From positions 1-64,000 of the forward strand of contig JAYUGC010000053.1 of the NCBI GenBank assembly GCA_043767805.1: 64,000 bases of DNA, written 5' to 3'. A program made the position numbers and the translations under genes. Shown here piece after piece: positions 46,487 through 55,569 of the stretch. Each line of letters opens with the position of its first letter. The stretch's first letter is position 1. The notes under the pieces were generated by a model. It was not told the origin of the DNA. It did not search any database and saw only the letters and a list, made by a program, of their open reading frames with translations. The DNA is from Pseudomonadota bacterium (GTDB lineage Bacteria; Bdellovibrionota; FAC87; UBA2466).

Positions 46487-47005
46487 ATGTCGGATTCGGC
46501 AAAGCTTATCCTGCTCTTCGGGCAAATTCTGACCGTCGGCTCGGCGATCGTGGTGGCCATCCACCCGAATATCCTCTACGCGGCGGTGGCGTTACTCTCG
46601 ACGTTTCTGGGCGTGGCCATTCTCTTCTTGTTTAGTGGCGCGGACTTCGTGGCGGGCGCTCAAGTGGTGGTCTATGCGGGCGGTATCACCATCCTCATCC
46701 TCTTCGCCATTATGCTCACGCAGTGGCTCTATAAAGTTAAGCTGCGCGATTACGGCGCCAGGCTTCTGGTCCCAGCCGTAGTGGCTCTCGGCGTCTTTCT
46801 CGTCGTCTACCGCTCCACCGCGGAGCTCGGTAACTGGGCGCTAAAAAACGCGCCCACTGAAGCGGTCGACAAGTTCGCCTTCCTCCCGAAAACGGCCCTC
46901 ATCGGTCAGGCGTTTCTCGGCCCGTACCTTTTAGCCTTTGAAGCGGTAACCATTCTCTTATTGGGCGCGCTCGTCGGAGCGGTCTGGCTGGCGAGGCCTA
47001 AATGA
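46487..47005 (+). CDS. nuoJ: NADH-quinone oxidoreductase subunit J
   Basis: ADFVAGAQVVVYAGGI..LFAIML, FE...LLL.ALVGA. Confidence 0.94.
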   Translation: MSDSAKLILLFGQILTVGSAIVVAIHPNILYAAVALLSTFLGVAILFLFSGADFVAGAQVVVYAGGITILILFAIMLTQWLYKVKLRDYGARLLVPAVVALGVFLVVYRSTAELGNWALKNAPTEAVDKFAFLPKTALIGQAFLGPYLLAFEAVTILLLGALVGAVWLARPK

Positions 47006-47325
47006 ATCTTTTGAACTGGGCCACGGGCCTGCACGGCTACCTCTGGGTCAGCACGGCGCTCTTCGCGCTGGGCGTCCTCACCGTTTTGTCCCGCAAGAAC
47101 GCCATCGGAATCCTGCTCGGCGTCGAATTGATTTTGAACGCGGCGGCCATCAACTTCGTGGCCTTCAGCCGTTTTCGCACCGGCGCCGTCGACGGACACA
47201 TGGTGGCTCTTTTCATCATTTTGGTGGCGGCCGCTGAAGCTGCGGTCGCGCTCGCGATTATCTTGAGGCTCTACCGCCTCCGTCAGACGGTCGATACCGA
47301 CGAGGCGACCCTCTTAAGGAACTAA
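47002..47325 (+). CDS. nuoK: NADH-quinone oxidoreductase subunit K
   Basis: RKNAI..LLGVELILNA, AAAEAAVAL (both conserved Glu present). Confidence 0.96.
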   Translation: MNLLNWATGLHGYLWVSTALFALGVLTVLSRKNAIGILLGVELILNAAAINFVAFSRFRTGAVDGHMVALFIILVAAAEAAVALAIILRLYRLRQTVDTDEATLLRN

Positions 47326-47327
47326 CC

Positions 47328-49385
47328 ATGGCGCAAACTTGTCTGCTCATCGTGCTGCTTCCGCTCACCGCCTTCGTAGTGCAGGTGTTCTTCGGTAAGC
47401 GCTTGCCCCGCCAAGGAGACTGGGTCTCCATCCTGGCCATCGCCGGTTCGCTCTTTCTCGCTTTCCCGATTTTCACGGCTTTCCTCAGCACGGGTAACCT
47501 GCACGACACCTTGCAGACCACCTGGATGTCCCTGCCCATTCAGGTCTCCGGACACGGCGGCATGTCGTCTTTCGACATCGTCATCGGCACGCTGGTCAAT
47601 AACCTGACCGCCATCATGCTGTTTATGGTCACGCTCTGCGCGACCCTCATTCATATTTTCGCAAGCTCCTACATGCACGGCGAGCCCCGCTACCACCTTT
47701 TCTTCGCGTACATTTCGCTCTTCTCGGCGGCAATGCTGGGCTTGGTCGTCTCGGACAACCTGCTCACCTTCTTCATCTGCTGGGAGATCATGGGCCTTTG
47801 CTCCTACTCCCTCATCGGCTTCTACTACGAGAAGCCGTCCGCGAACGTGGCGAGCCTCAAAGCGTTCATGACCACTCGCGTGGGTGATTGCTGCTTCTTC
47901 CTCGGTATCTGCGGCTTGTACTTCCTGTTCGGCACTTCGAACTTCGAGCAGATTTATCAAAACCTCGCGATGCCCGAGCTCGCGGGACGCACCATCTTAG
48001 GGATGCCGGCCTTGGCCTTCATCGGCTTTATGCTGATGATGGGCACCATCGGTAAATCGGCGCAGTTCCCGCTCCACATCTGGTTGCCGGACGCGATGGA
48101 AGGCCCGACACCCGTCTCGGCCCTCATCCACGCGGCCACCATGGTGGCCGCCGGCGTGTTCCTGCTCATTCGCACCTTCCCGCTGCTTCAAGCCGCGGAA
48201 ATCGTGCTTCCGGTCATCGCCTACATCGGCGCGTTCACGGCGCTCTTTGCGGCGACGATTGCCCTGGTGCAGGTCGACATCAAGAAGGTGCTCGCCTACT
48301 CGACGATTTCTCAGCTCGGCTTCATGGTGTTCGGTGTCGGCGTCGGCGCTTTCGCGGCGGCTTTCCTCCACCTTCTCACCCACGCCGTTTTCAAAGCTTG
48401 TTTGTTCCTCGGCTCGGGTAGCGTCATCCACTCCGTTCACACGAACGACATGCGCGAAATGGGCGGCCTGCGCACCAAGATGCCTTGGACGTTCCGCACG
48501 ATGCTGATTTCCACTTTCGCCATCAGCGGCTTGCCCTTCTTTTCGGGCTTCGTCTCGAAAGACCGGATTCTCGCCGGCGCACTTGCTTACGGCATGGAAC
48601 ATCCGCAACACATGCTCGTGCCCATCTTCGGATTCACGGCGGCGGGCCTCACGGCGTTTTACATGTTCCGCCTGATCTACCTGACGTTCTTCGGCCACGC
48701 GCGGGACGAGCACAAGCACCACCACGCGCACGAGTCGAGCCCGGTCATGACGGTGCCGCTCATGATCCTAGCCACCCTCTCGTTTGCGATTTGGTACGCG
48801 GGCCCCACGGGCATCGAGTTTATCGATCACATCCTTCCGGTCCGCTGGTACGACATCGGCATCGCGAACGTCATGGAGTCGATGCACATTCACGCCGCCC
48901 ACGGCGACGAGCACATCCATCACCTCGCCCACAACCTGGCGCTCATTTTGTCGCTCTCCATCGCGGGCGCGGGCATCCTGCTCTCGACTTTGATGTACCT
49001 GAAAAAGGTAATCTCGCCGGACGCTATCCAAAAGCGTCTTTCGGCCGTGCACAAAGTGCTTTGGAACAAGTATTACGTCGACGAGCTCTTCATCGGCATC
49101 GGGATTAAGAAGGGTCTTTTGACCTTCAACAACCTGCTCGCCCGCTTCGACGACTTGGTCGTGGACCGGATTTTCGTCGACGGCTGGAAAGATATCGCCA
49201 TGGCCGTTAAGTCTGCGGTGAACCAGTTCGACAATATCGTCGTCGATAAGGGCCTCGTGGATGGAACCGCGTACGCGGTTTCCGCCGGCGGTTGGATGAT
49301 CCGTCAGTTTCAGACCGGTCAGGTGCAGACGTACCTCGTTTGGACCTTGGTCGCTCTTGGCATCTATTTGGTACGCGTTTTTTAA
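47328..49385 (+). CDS. nuoL: NADH-quinone oxidoreductase subunit L
   Basis: WEIMG, GKSAQFPLHIWLPDAMEGPTP, KKVLAYSTISQLG, GFVSKD, QTGQVQTY. Confidence 0.97.
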   Translation: MAQTCLLIVLLPLTAFVVQVFFGKRLPRQGDWVSILAIAGSLFLAFPIFTAFLSTGNLHDTLQTTWMSLPIQVSGHGGMSSFDIVIGTLVNNLTAIMLFMVTLCATLIHIFASSYMHGEPRYHLFFAYISLFSAAMLGLVVSDNLLTFFICWEIMGLCSYSLIGFYYEKPSANVASLKAFMTTRVGDCCFFLGICGLYFLFGTSNFEQIYQNLAMPELAGRTILGMPALAFIGFMLMMGTIGKSAQFPLHIWLPDAMEGPTPVSALIHAATMVAAGVFLLIRTFPLLQAAEIVLPVIAYIGAFTALFAATIALVQVDIKKVLAYSTISQLGFMVFGVGVGAFAAAFLHLLTHAVFKACLFLGSGSVIHSVHTNDMREMGGLRTKMPWTFRTMLISTFAISGLPFFSGFVSKDRILAGALAYGMEHPQHMLVPIFGFTAAGLTAFYMFRLIYLTFFGHARDEHKHHHAHESSPVMTVPLMILATLSFAIWYAGPTGIEFIDHILPVRWYDIGIANVMESMHIHAAHGDEHIHHLAHNLALILSLSIAGAGILLSTLMYLKKVISPDAIQKRLSAVHKVLWNKYYVDELFIGIGIKKGLLTFNNLLARFDDLVVDRIFVDGWKDIAMAVKSAVNQFDNIVVDKGLVDGTAYAVSAGGWMIRQFQTGQVQTYLVWTLVALGIYLVRVF

Positions 49386-49402
49386 GGTGATGTGAGGAAA
49401 CT

Positions 49403-50905
49403 ATGCTTAGTTGGATGACCTTTACCCCCCTTCTGGGGATGGCCGTCGTTCTTGCTCTCCCCAAGGAGAAGCACAATTTAATCCGCTGGACGGCACTCGT
49501 GACGTCCTTGATACCGCTCGGCTTCGCCGCGGTCCTTTTCATGCACTTCGACCGCACGACGGCGGCGATTCAGTTCGTGGAACGGGTTTCGTGGATTAAA
49601 CCCTTTAACATCGAATACTACATGGGCGTCGACGGCCTGAGCATTCCGATGATTCTGCTGACCGCCCTACTCACCGTCATCTGCATCATCGCCTCGTGGA
49701 CCATCGACTACGCGGTCAAAGGCTACTTCGCCATGTTCCTGATGCTGGAATGCGCCATGCTCGGCGTGTTCATGGCTTTGGACTTCTTCCTCTTCTTCAT
49801 CTTCTGGGAAGCGATGCTGCTCCCGATGTACTTCCTAGTCGGTATCTGGGGAGGCCAGAACAAGGTCTATGCGGCCATCAAGTTCTTCCTCTACACGCTG
49901 TTCGGCTCCGTCTTGATGCTGATCGCGATGCTGGGCTTTTATTACTACGGCGGCCAGAGCTTCGATCTCATCAAACTCGCGGCGACGCATCCGTTCGCGG
50001 GTCAGACGATTGCCCTCTTCGGCTGTCAGATGCCTCTCGATAAGTTCTTCTGGGTGATGCTCTTTATCGGCTTCGCCATCAAGGTTCCCGTGTGGCCTTT
50101 CCACACCTGGTTGCCTTGGGCGCACGTCGAAGCCCCGACGGCGGTCTCGGTCATTCTGGCCGGCGTGCTGCTTAAGATGGGAACGTACGGCATCCTGCGC
50201 ATGAACTTCCCGATCCTTCCCGAAGCGACCATGTGGGCCTCGAACGCCATGATGATCTTGGGCGTGATCAACATTCTCTACGGAGCCTTCTGCGCGATGG
50301 CGCAGAAGGATCTGAAAAAGCTCGTCGCTTACTCCTCCGTTTCCCACATGGGTTACGTGATGATGGGCATGGCGACCTTTACGGTGGCCGGCGTGAACGG
50401 CGCCGTTCTCCAGATGTTCAACCACGGTACGTCGACGGCCATGCTCTTCCTCTTGGTCGGCGTGATCTACGACCGCGCTCATCACCGCTGGATCGTGCGC
50501 CCCGACGGCTCGCGCGGCTTCGGCGGTATCGCCGCGGTCGCTCCCGTGTACACGGCGATTTTCGCGGTGGCGCTGTTTGCGTCCCTCGGTCTTCCGGGCT
50601 TGTCCGGGTTCATCAGCGAAGCGCTGATCTTCCTCGGCGCCTTCTCGGTTCCGAAGTACCAGACGCTCACCGTATTCGGCGCATTCGGCATCTTACTCGG
50701 CGCCGCGTACCTCCTCTGGATGTTCATGCGGGTGTTCTTAGGTCCCTTGAATCCCGAGTACGCGAACTTGGAAGACATGAACTGGCGTGAGCGAGGCATG
50801 CTCATTCCGCTTTGCATTCTCGTCGTGCTTTTCGGCGTCTATCCCATGCCGGTATTGAACTTGATGGGAGCGACGGTCGCAAAGCTCCTGACTTACTTTT
50901 CGTGA
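49403..50905 (+). CDS. nuoM: NADH-quinone oxidoreductase subunit M
   Basis: FFIFWE, AIKVPVWPFHTWLP.AHVEAP, LLKMG, GFISE. Confidence 0.97.
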   Translation: MLSWMTFTPLLGMAVVLALPKEKHNLIRWTALVTSLIPLGFAAVLFMHFDRTTAAIQFVERVSWIKPFNIEYYMGVDGLSIPMILLTALLTVICIIASWTIDYAVKGYFAMFLMLECAMLGVFMALDFFLFFIFWEAMLLPMYFLVGIWGGQNKVYAAIKFFLYTLFGSVLMLIAMLGFYYYGGQSFDLIKLAATHPFAGQTIALFGCQMPLDKFFWVMLFIGFAIKVPVWPFHTWLPWAHVEAPTAVSVILAGVLLKMGTYGILRMNFPILPEATMWASNAMMILGVINILYGAFCAMAQKDLKKLVAYSSVSHMGYVMMGMATFTVAGVNGAVLQMFNHGTSTAMLFLLVGVIYDRAHHRWIVRPDGSRGFGGIAAVAPVYTAIFAVALFASLGLPGLSGFISEALIFLGAFSVPKYQTLTVFGAFGILLGAAYLLWMFMRVFLGPLNPEYANLEDMNWRERGMLIPLCILVVLFGVYPMPVLNLMGATVAKLLTYFS

Positions 50906-50913
50906 GATGATGC

Positions 50914-52401
50914 ATGGCTAATCTGCTGTTGAACTTGAAGCTCTTTGGACCCGAAGCGACCCTGGTGGGTCTCTTGGTCATCCTCTTTCTGGTGGACGGC
51001 TTTCTGCCGAAATCCCGGGAGAGCTTCTTGCCGCTCTGCCTGGTCGCCTTGGCTTCGGCCTTCGCGGCCTACATCACCTGTCAGCTGAACGTCGCCCCGG
51101 CGACCTTCTTCACGGGTCTTGTGGCGAACGACGGGTTCTCGGCTTTTTTCCGCTACATCTTCTTGTTCACGCTCGTTGCGGGACTCTATTTGGCCTATGG
51201 CTCCAAAGAAGTGCCCAAAGACGCCCGCATCGAGATGTCGCTGCTCCTCGTTTGCGTGACTTTCGGCATGAGCCTCATGGCCATTGCCTCGAACCTCTTG
51301 ATGCTTTGGCTCGGCGTCGAAACGGTGAGTATCGTGTCCTTCGTGCTGGCGGGTTTTCGCCGGGACAACCTTCGCTCGAACGAAGCGTCCTTCAAGTACT
51401 TGGTCTACGGAAGCTTGGCTTCCGGACTCATGCTCTACGGCATGAGCCTCATCTATGGATTCGCGGGAAGCCTCTACTACGCCGACCTCAGCAAGTACTT
51501 CATGCTGCATTCGGGTGAGCTTCCCTACACTTTGGCGCTCTCCCTCCTTTTGGTGTTCGCGGGTCTCGCGTACAAAGTGTCGGCATTCCCGATGCACTTC
51601 TGGACCCCGGACGTTTACGAAGGCGCCCCCACTCCGGTGGCGGCGTTTTTCTCGGTAGGTCCCAAGGCGGCGGGATTTGCGGCCCTCATGCGCATCTTCC
51701 TCGACGTCTTTTCGTTCAAGACGGGGCCGCTTCAGTGGCATTCCGTCGAAGGCATCGCGATTCCCCACGGCTTGGCCATCATCGCGGCGCTCACCATGAT
51801 CGTCGGTAACCTTTCCGCGCTCGGACAGACCAACGTGAAACGCATGCTCGCCTACTCGAGCATCGCCCACGTCGGTTACATGCTGGCGGGTCTCGTGGCC
51901 TTAAATAGCGCGGGCATCACGGCGGTTCTCTTCTACATCGTCGCTTATTGCGGCATGAACCTCGGCGCTTTCTGGGTAGTGAGCGTCGTCACCGATCGGC
52001 GCGGCAACGAAGATCTCGAGGCTTTCCGCGGCATCGGCGCGAAGACGCCGCTGCTCGGCATCTGCATGGCGGTCTTTCTCTTTTCGCTGACCGGTTTGCC
52101 CCTTTTCTCCGGCTTCATTGGAAAGTTCCTGCTTTTTGGCGCCATTTTGCAGACTCCGGGCTTCCTATGGCTTGCGCTCATCGGCGTCTTGAACAGCGTC
52201 GTTTCGCTCTTTTATTACGTCCGGGTGCTGAAATCCATGTGGCTGGATAGTCCCGCGGCCGGAGACACCGGAGCGGTCGCGCTTCCGCTCTACCATGCGA
52301 TTCCGCTCCTGGGCCTCGCAATCCCAACCATCATTCTCGGCCTCTTTTTCACGCCCATTTTCGAGTTCGCGCAGCGCTCGGTCGCCGCCTTCCTCAACTA
52401 G
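50914..52401 (+). CDS. nuoN: NADH-quinone oxidoreductase subunit N
   Basis: GVETVS, YKVSAFPMHFWTPDVYEGAP, GPKAAG, KRMLAYSS, GFIGK. Confidence 0.97.
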   Translation: MANLLLNLKLFGPEATLVGLLVILFLVDGFLPKSRESFLPLCLVALASAFAAYITCQLNVAPATFFTGLVANDGFSAFFRYIFLFTLVAGLYLAYGSKEVPKDARIEMSLLLVCVTFGMSLMAIASNLLMLWLGVETVSIVSFVLAGFRRDNLRSNEASFKYLVYGSLASGLMLYGMSLIYGFAGSLYYADLSKYFMLHSGELPYTLALSLLLVFAGLAYKVSAFPMHFWTPDVYEGAPTPVAAFFSVGPKAAGFAALMRIFLDVFSFKTGPLQWHSVEGIAIPHGLAIIAALTMIVGNLSALGQTNVKRMLAYSSIAHVGYMLAGLVALNSAGITAVLFYIVAYCGMNLGAFWVVSVVTDRRGNEDLEAFRGIGAKTPLLGICMAVFLFSLTGLPLFSGFIGKFLLFGAILQTPGFLWLALIGVLNSVVSLFYYVRVLKSMWLDSPAAGDTGAVALPLYHAIPLLGLAIPTIILGLFFTPIFEFAQRSVAAFLN

Positions 52402-52403
52402 CC

Positions 52404-52460
52404 TCTTAAAAGATACGCCGTACCTTTTAGGACGACGGGGAATGGGTCCGACCGTATAAT
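52404..52460 (+). promoter_or_regulatory. Split palindrome plus a TATAAT -10 box upstream of the divergent Nuo-like operon
   Basis: TCTTAAAAG-ATACGCC-GTACCTTTTA (52404-52429); TATAAT at 52455-52460, 9 nt before the TTG; no clear -35. Confidence 0.45.
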
Positions 52461-52469
52461 TCGGGAACT

Positions 52470-53108
52470 TTGAGCTCCTATTTTTCTATCGGACTCTCGG
52501 CCTTGTCTATCGCCGGAGGCGCCGTGGTTTTACTCAGTCATGGCGGGCGTATGCTCGCGGGCGGCTGGGCACTCACCTGCTTCTCGCTCTCGATCCTCGC
52601 GCTACTGCAACCCGGGCCGCCTTGGCTCTTGGCTCTCTTAATCGCCGGGCTCGCCGTCAGTCTCGGCCTGTCGCTTGCGGTGCTCGCTTCGGAATCGCTT
52701 CCCGGGTTCTTGGACGGAAACGTTCGCAAAATTCTCGCGGTATTCGCGGTCTGGGCAATCAGCCTCTTCATCCTTCGCTCGTCCCATGCCTCGCACCTCC
52801 ATGGCGCGGCCGAGACCTATTGGTCGCTCTATAGTACGGCCGCCCTTTTCGGGCTGGGGTTACTCACCCTCATCCTAAAGCGAGACGCCGTGCAAGTATG
52901 GAGCGGGGTGGGCCTTTTACTTTTAAGTCCCTTACCCACTTCGCTCGCTTCGGCCGCGGGGCTGCAATCGGGAGACGGCTGGCTACTATCGCTACTTTGT
53001 GGCGCGCTTTGCGCCGTGCACGGCGCATTCGCGATAGTGGTACTCGGACGCGTCAGCCGCCGGGAAGGCTCTCTCGACGTCAAAACTTGGGAGGAGCTTC
53101 AAGGGTGA
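52470..53108 (+). CDS. Divergent NuoJ/NuoK-like fusion membrane protein
   Basis: C-half aligns by eye to this window's NuoK (STAALFGLGLLTLILKRDAV...RREGSLDV...LQG); hydrophobic N-half is only weakly NuoJ-like. Confidence 0.6.
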   Translation: MSSYFSIGLSALSIAGGAVVLLSHGGRMLAGGWALTCFSLSILALLQPGPPWLLALLIAGLAVSLGLSLAVLASESLPGFLDGNVRKILAVFAVWAISLFILRSSHASHLHGAAETYWSLYSTAALFGLGLLTLILKRDAVQVWSGVGLLLLSPLPTSLASAAGLQSGDGWLLSLLCGALCAVHGAFAIVVLGRVSRREGSLDVKTWEELQG

Positions 53109-54055
53109 TTGGCTTTCAACACACTTGGTGGCGCATCGCGAGCTTCGACATCCTCTGTAGCTGGTACGCCGATAAATTTGATCTAGCCGCGCTCTTTGCC
53201 GTCTTCGCGCTGACCGTGCTGTGGGCGGCTCGCCAGCCTCGGGCCACGTGGGCCGCGGTAGTGTGGTTTCTGGCGACGGGCGCGCTTTGCGGCGCGGGAA
53301 ACGCCTTCACGCTCATCTCCGCCTGGATGCTGGGAACCGTCGCGACCCTCGTCCTCTTTCACGCAAGCAGCGAGGGAAATCAACGCGGGCTATATACGTT
53401 CGCCCTGGCCGGTGCGCTTGCCGACGTTTTGCTTTTCTTGGGCTACCTGCTCTACGGCGGCACTTACCGAGACAGCTTTCTTCCTACCGAAGAACAATTT
53501 TTAGAAGCGTCCGTGGCTTTGACGACGTTTCCTGCAAAGGCCTTTGCCCTAAGCGCGCTACTCGCCGTCTTAGCACGCCTCGTTATCGGCGCGGGAAGTC
53601 TTTGGCTTCCCGGCGAGCCGCAACTTCAAGCAAGAGAGTTCTTGGCGCAAAGACTCGCCGTACTGCTCTTACCCTGCGTGATGCTACTCGATAAGCTCAG
53701 CTTTCTTAAAGCGGACGCCTCGGAAGGGGCGGTTCTCACCGTGCTAGTTCTTTCGATCCCCGCCATCTTGGGCGGTGCTTTTCACGCCATGAACCGGCCT
53801 TTCCCTTGGTTTCTCAATCCGGCCAAATGGTTCGACGAGCTCGTGCAAAAACCGTTGCGCTCTCTCATCGGCTTCTTCGACCGCAGGCTCGAAGCCCGCA
53901 CCTTCGATGCCATTTTGATTCTGCCCACCCGGCTCGCGCGGGCGGGAGGCGTTTGGATTTCGCTCGTTCAGTCGGGTTCGCTCGCCTCTTACCTTACGTT
54001 TTCCGTACTGGGAATGGCGGCGCTTTTTGCCTGGGCACTGTGGGGAGGCAAATGA
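53105..54055 (+). CDS. Divergent, internally shortened NuoL-like protein (about 316 aa)
   Basis: GTGA overlap; ADVLLFLG, SLWLP, and a C-terminal transverse-helix region ending SLVQSGSLASYL (compare QTGQVQTYL). Confidence 0.6.
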   Translation: MIGFQHTWWRIASFDILCSWYADKFDLAALFAVFALTVLWAARQPRATWAAVVWFLATGALCGAGNAFTLISAWMLGTVATLVLFHASSEGNQRGLYTFALAGALADVLLFLGYLLYGGTYRDSFLPTEEQFLEASVALTTFPAKAFALSALLAVLARLVIGAGSLWLPGEPQLQAREFLAQRLAVLLLPCVMLLDKLSFLKADASEGAVLTVLVLSIPAILGGAFHAMNRPFPWFLNPAKWFDELVQKPLRSLIGFFDRRLEARTFDAILILPTRLARAGGVWISLVQSGSLASYLTFSVLGMAALFAWALWGGK

Positions 54056-55569
54056 GTTACCTGCTTCCCTGGTTCTTTTATCTTCCGCTCATCGCCTTTG
54101 GCGCGGCGCTGCCTTTCTCGCTCGCTCTCTCCCGGCGAGTGGCCGGGGCGCTTGCGATCGTGAACTTCCTTGCTCCGCTGACGTTTTATACCTTAGGCGA
54201 CTCCGTGTGGCTCCAGACCCTGACAGGAATCACTTTCCAAAGCGGTCCCTTGCAACTTCAGCTCGATGCCTGGACGCTTCCCTTTCTGCTTCTCATCAAG
54301 CTCGCGGCCTTACTCGCCTTGAAACAACCTTCGGTCCGGCTGGGACGCACTCAGCTTGCCTGTCTTTTCGGAGCCGACTTTGCGCTTTCCGGGGCGCTAT
54401 TTTCCACCGATGTTTTTGCCATCGTATTTTTCTCGCAGCTCGCCCTTGTTCCCCTTTCGCTGCTCATCGTGATCTGGGGCGGGCACGACCGGCTCTTCGC
54501 TTCGCGGAAGTTCTTTTTGTCTCAAACCGCGGGCTGCCTGCTTTGGCTCGTCGCCTTGGCGATTCGCGCTTCCACTCACGAGTCTCAGTTCGGATATCCG
54601 AGCGGGCTCCCCGCGGATCTCGCCAAAGCCCTGGGACCGGCCGAGCTGACCGCTTTCGTCTGTTTTCTCCTGGGCTGTTTCCTTCGCTCCGCCGTGTTTC
54701 CGCTTCATAGCTGGCTGCCCGATACGCTGGCTCAAGCTCCCCTTTCGGCGAGTCTCCTTATCGTCGGTGGGCTGCTTCCTTCCGGCATTCTCCTGCTTCA
54801 GCGCGTGGGCCTTTCCGTTTTCCCGGCGGGCTTTGAGCGCGCGCAAAACCTGGGAACGGCCCTCGCGGTGTTCGGAGCGATTTACTCAGGGCTACTCGCC
54901 TGGCGGCAAAACGATAGCCGCCGCTACCTCGCCTTCGCGGCCAGTCTACTCATGTCGTTCGTTCTGGGAGGCGTGCTCATGGCGGGTCCGCTCACTTGGA
55001 CGGCCAGCGCCTTTCTCCTCTGCGCGGGCTCACTCGCGAGTCTTGGCGTTTTGATTCTTTTCGAGTGGGCTTTTGAGCGCCAGAATAGCCGTCAGCTACC
55101 GGATTGGGCGGGGCTCGGGCAACAGAGCCCGCTCTTCCGCGGTTTTCTCGTATTCCTCACCCTGAGCGCGCTCACGCTTCCGGGCACCGCGGCCTTTCCT
55201 GGAACCTTCGCGCTTTTGACCGCCGCCATAAACCGCAACTTCATCTGGTGTGTAGGCTGGCTTGCCTCACTTTTCCTTTTGATGGCAAGTGCCGTGCGCC
55301 TGCTCGGTACGATTTCCTTCGGCACGCCTCGCCGCGGCCCGCTAGTCGCTGGATCCGATCTGTCGACGAGTGAGTCGTTGAGACTCTTGGCCCTTTCTCT
55401 GCTTCTTTTGGCTTTGGGCTGCGCTCCCGGTGGGTTTCTGGCTTCTTTAGAGCGGCCCATCGAGTCTTTCTGGGAAGCGAGTCCCGCGAAGGAGCGGTTC
55501 GTCTTTCCCGGAGACGAAGGCAAGAGCACCTTGCCAAGAGTCTTTCACCGGGATGAGGTTCCGCAATGA
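54052..55569 (+). CDS. Divergent NuoM-like antiporter-fold protein
   Basis: ATGA overlap; IWGGHDRLFASRKFFL, VFPLHSWLPD..QAP, LPGTAAFPG. Confidence 0.75.
   Translation: MSYLLPWFFYLPLIAFGAALPFSLALSRRVAGALAIVNFLAPLTFYTLGDSVWLQTLTGITFQSGPLQLQLDAWTLPFLLLIKLAALLALKQPSVRLGRTQLACLFGADFALSGALFSTDVFAIVFFSQLALVPLSLLIVIWGGHDRLFASRKFFLSQTAGCLLWLVALAIRASTHESQFGYPSGLPADLAKALGPAELTAFVCFLLGCFLRSAVFPLHSWLPDTLAQAPLSASLLIVGGLLPSGILLLQRVGLSVFPAGFERAQNLGTALAVFGAIYSGLLAWRQNDSRRYLAFAASLLMSFVLGGVLMAGPLTWTASAFLLCAGSLASLGVLILFEWAFERQNSRQLPDWAGLGQQSPLFRGFLVFLTLSALTLPGTAAFPGTFALLTAAINRNFIWCVGWLASLFLLMASAVRLLGTISFGTPRRGPLVAGSDLSTSESLRLLALSLLLLALGCAPGGFLASLERPIESFWEASPAKERFVFPGDEGKSTLPRVFHRDEVPQ

Noticed and set aside
48690..48935. 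His-rich stretches in NuoL as a novel metal-binding feature
   Set aside because: His-rich loops at these positions are common in NuoL proteins.
45422..52250. Long alternative-frame and antisense ORFs over the nuo genes (also over metG, mfd and the NTT gene)
   Set aside because: Expected shadows of GC3-biased coding sequence; no motifs or RBS.
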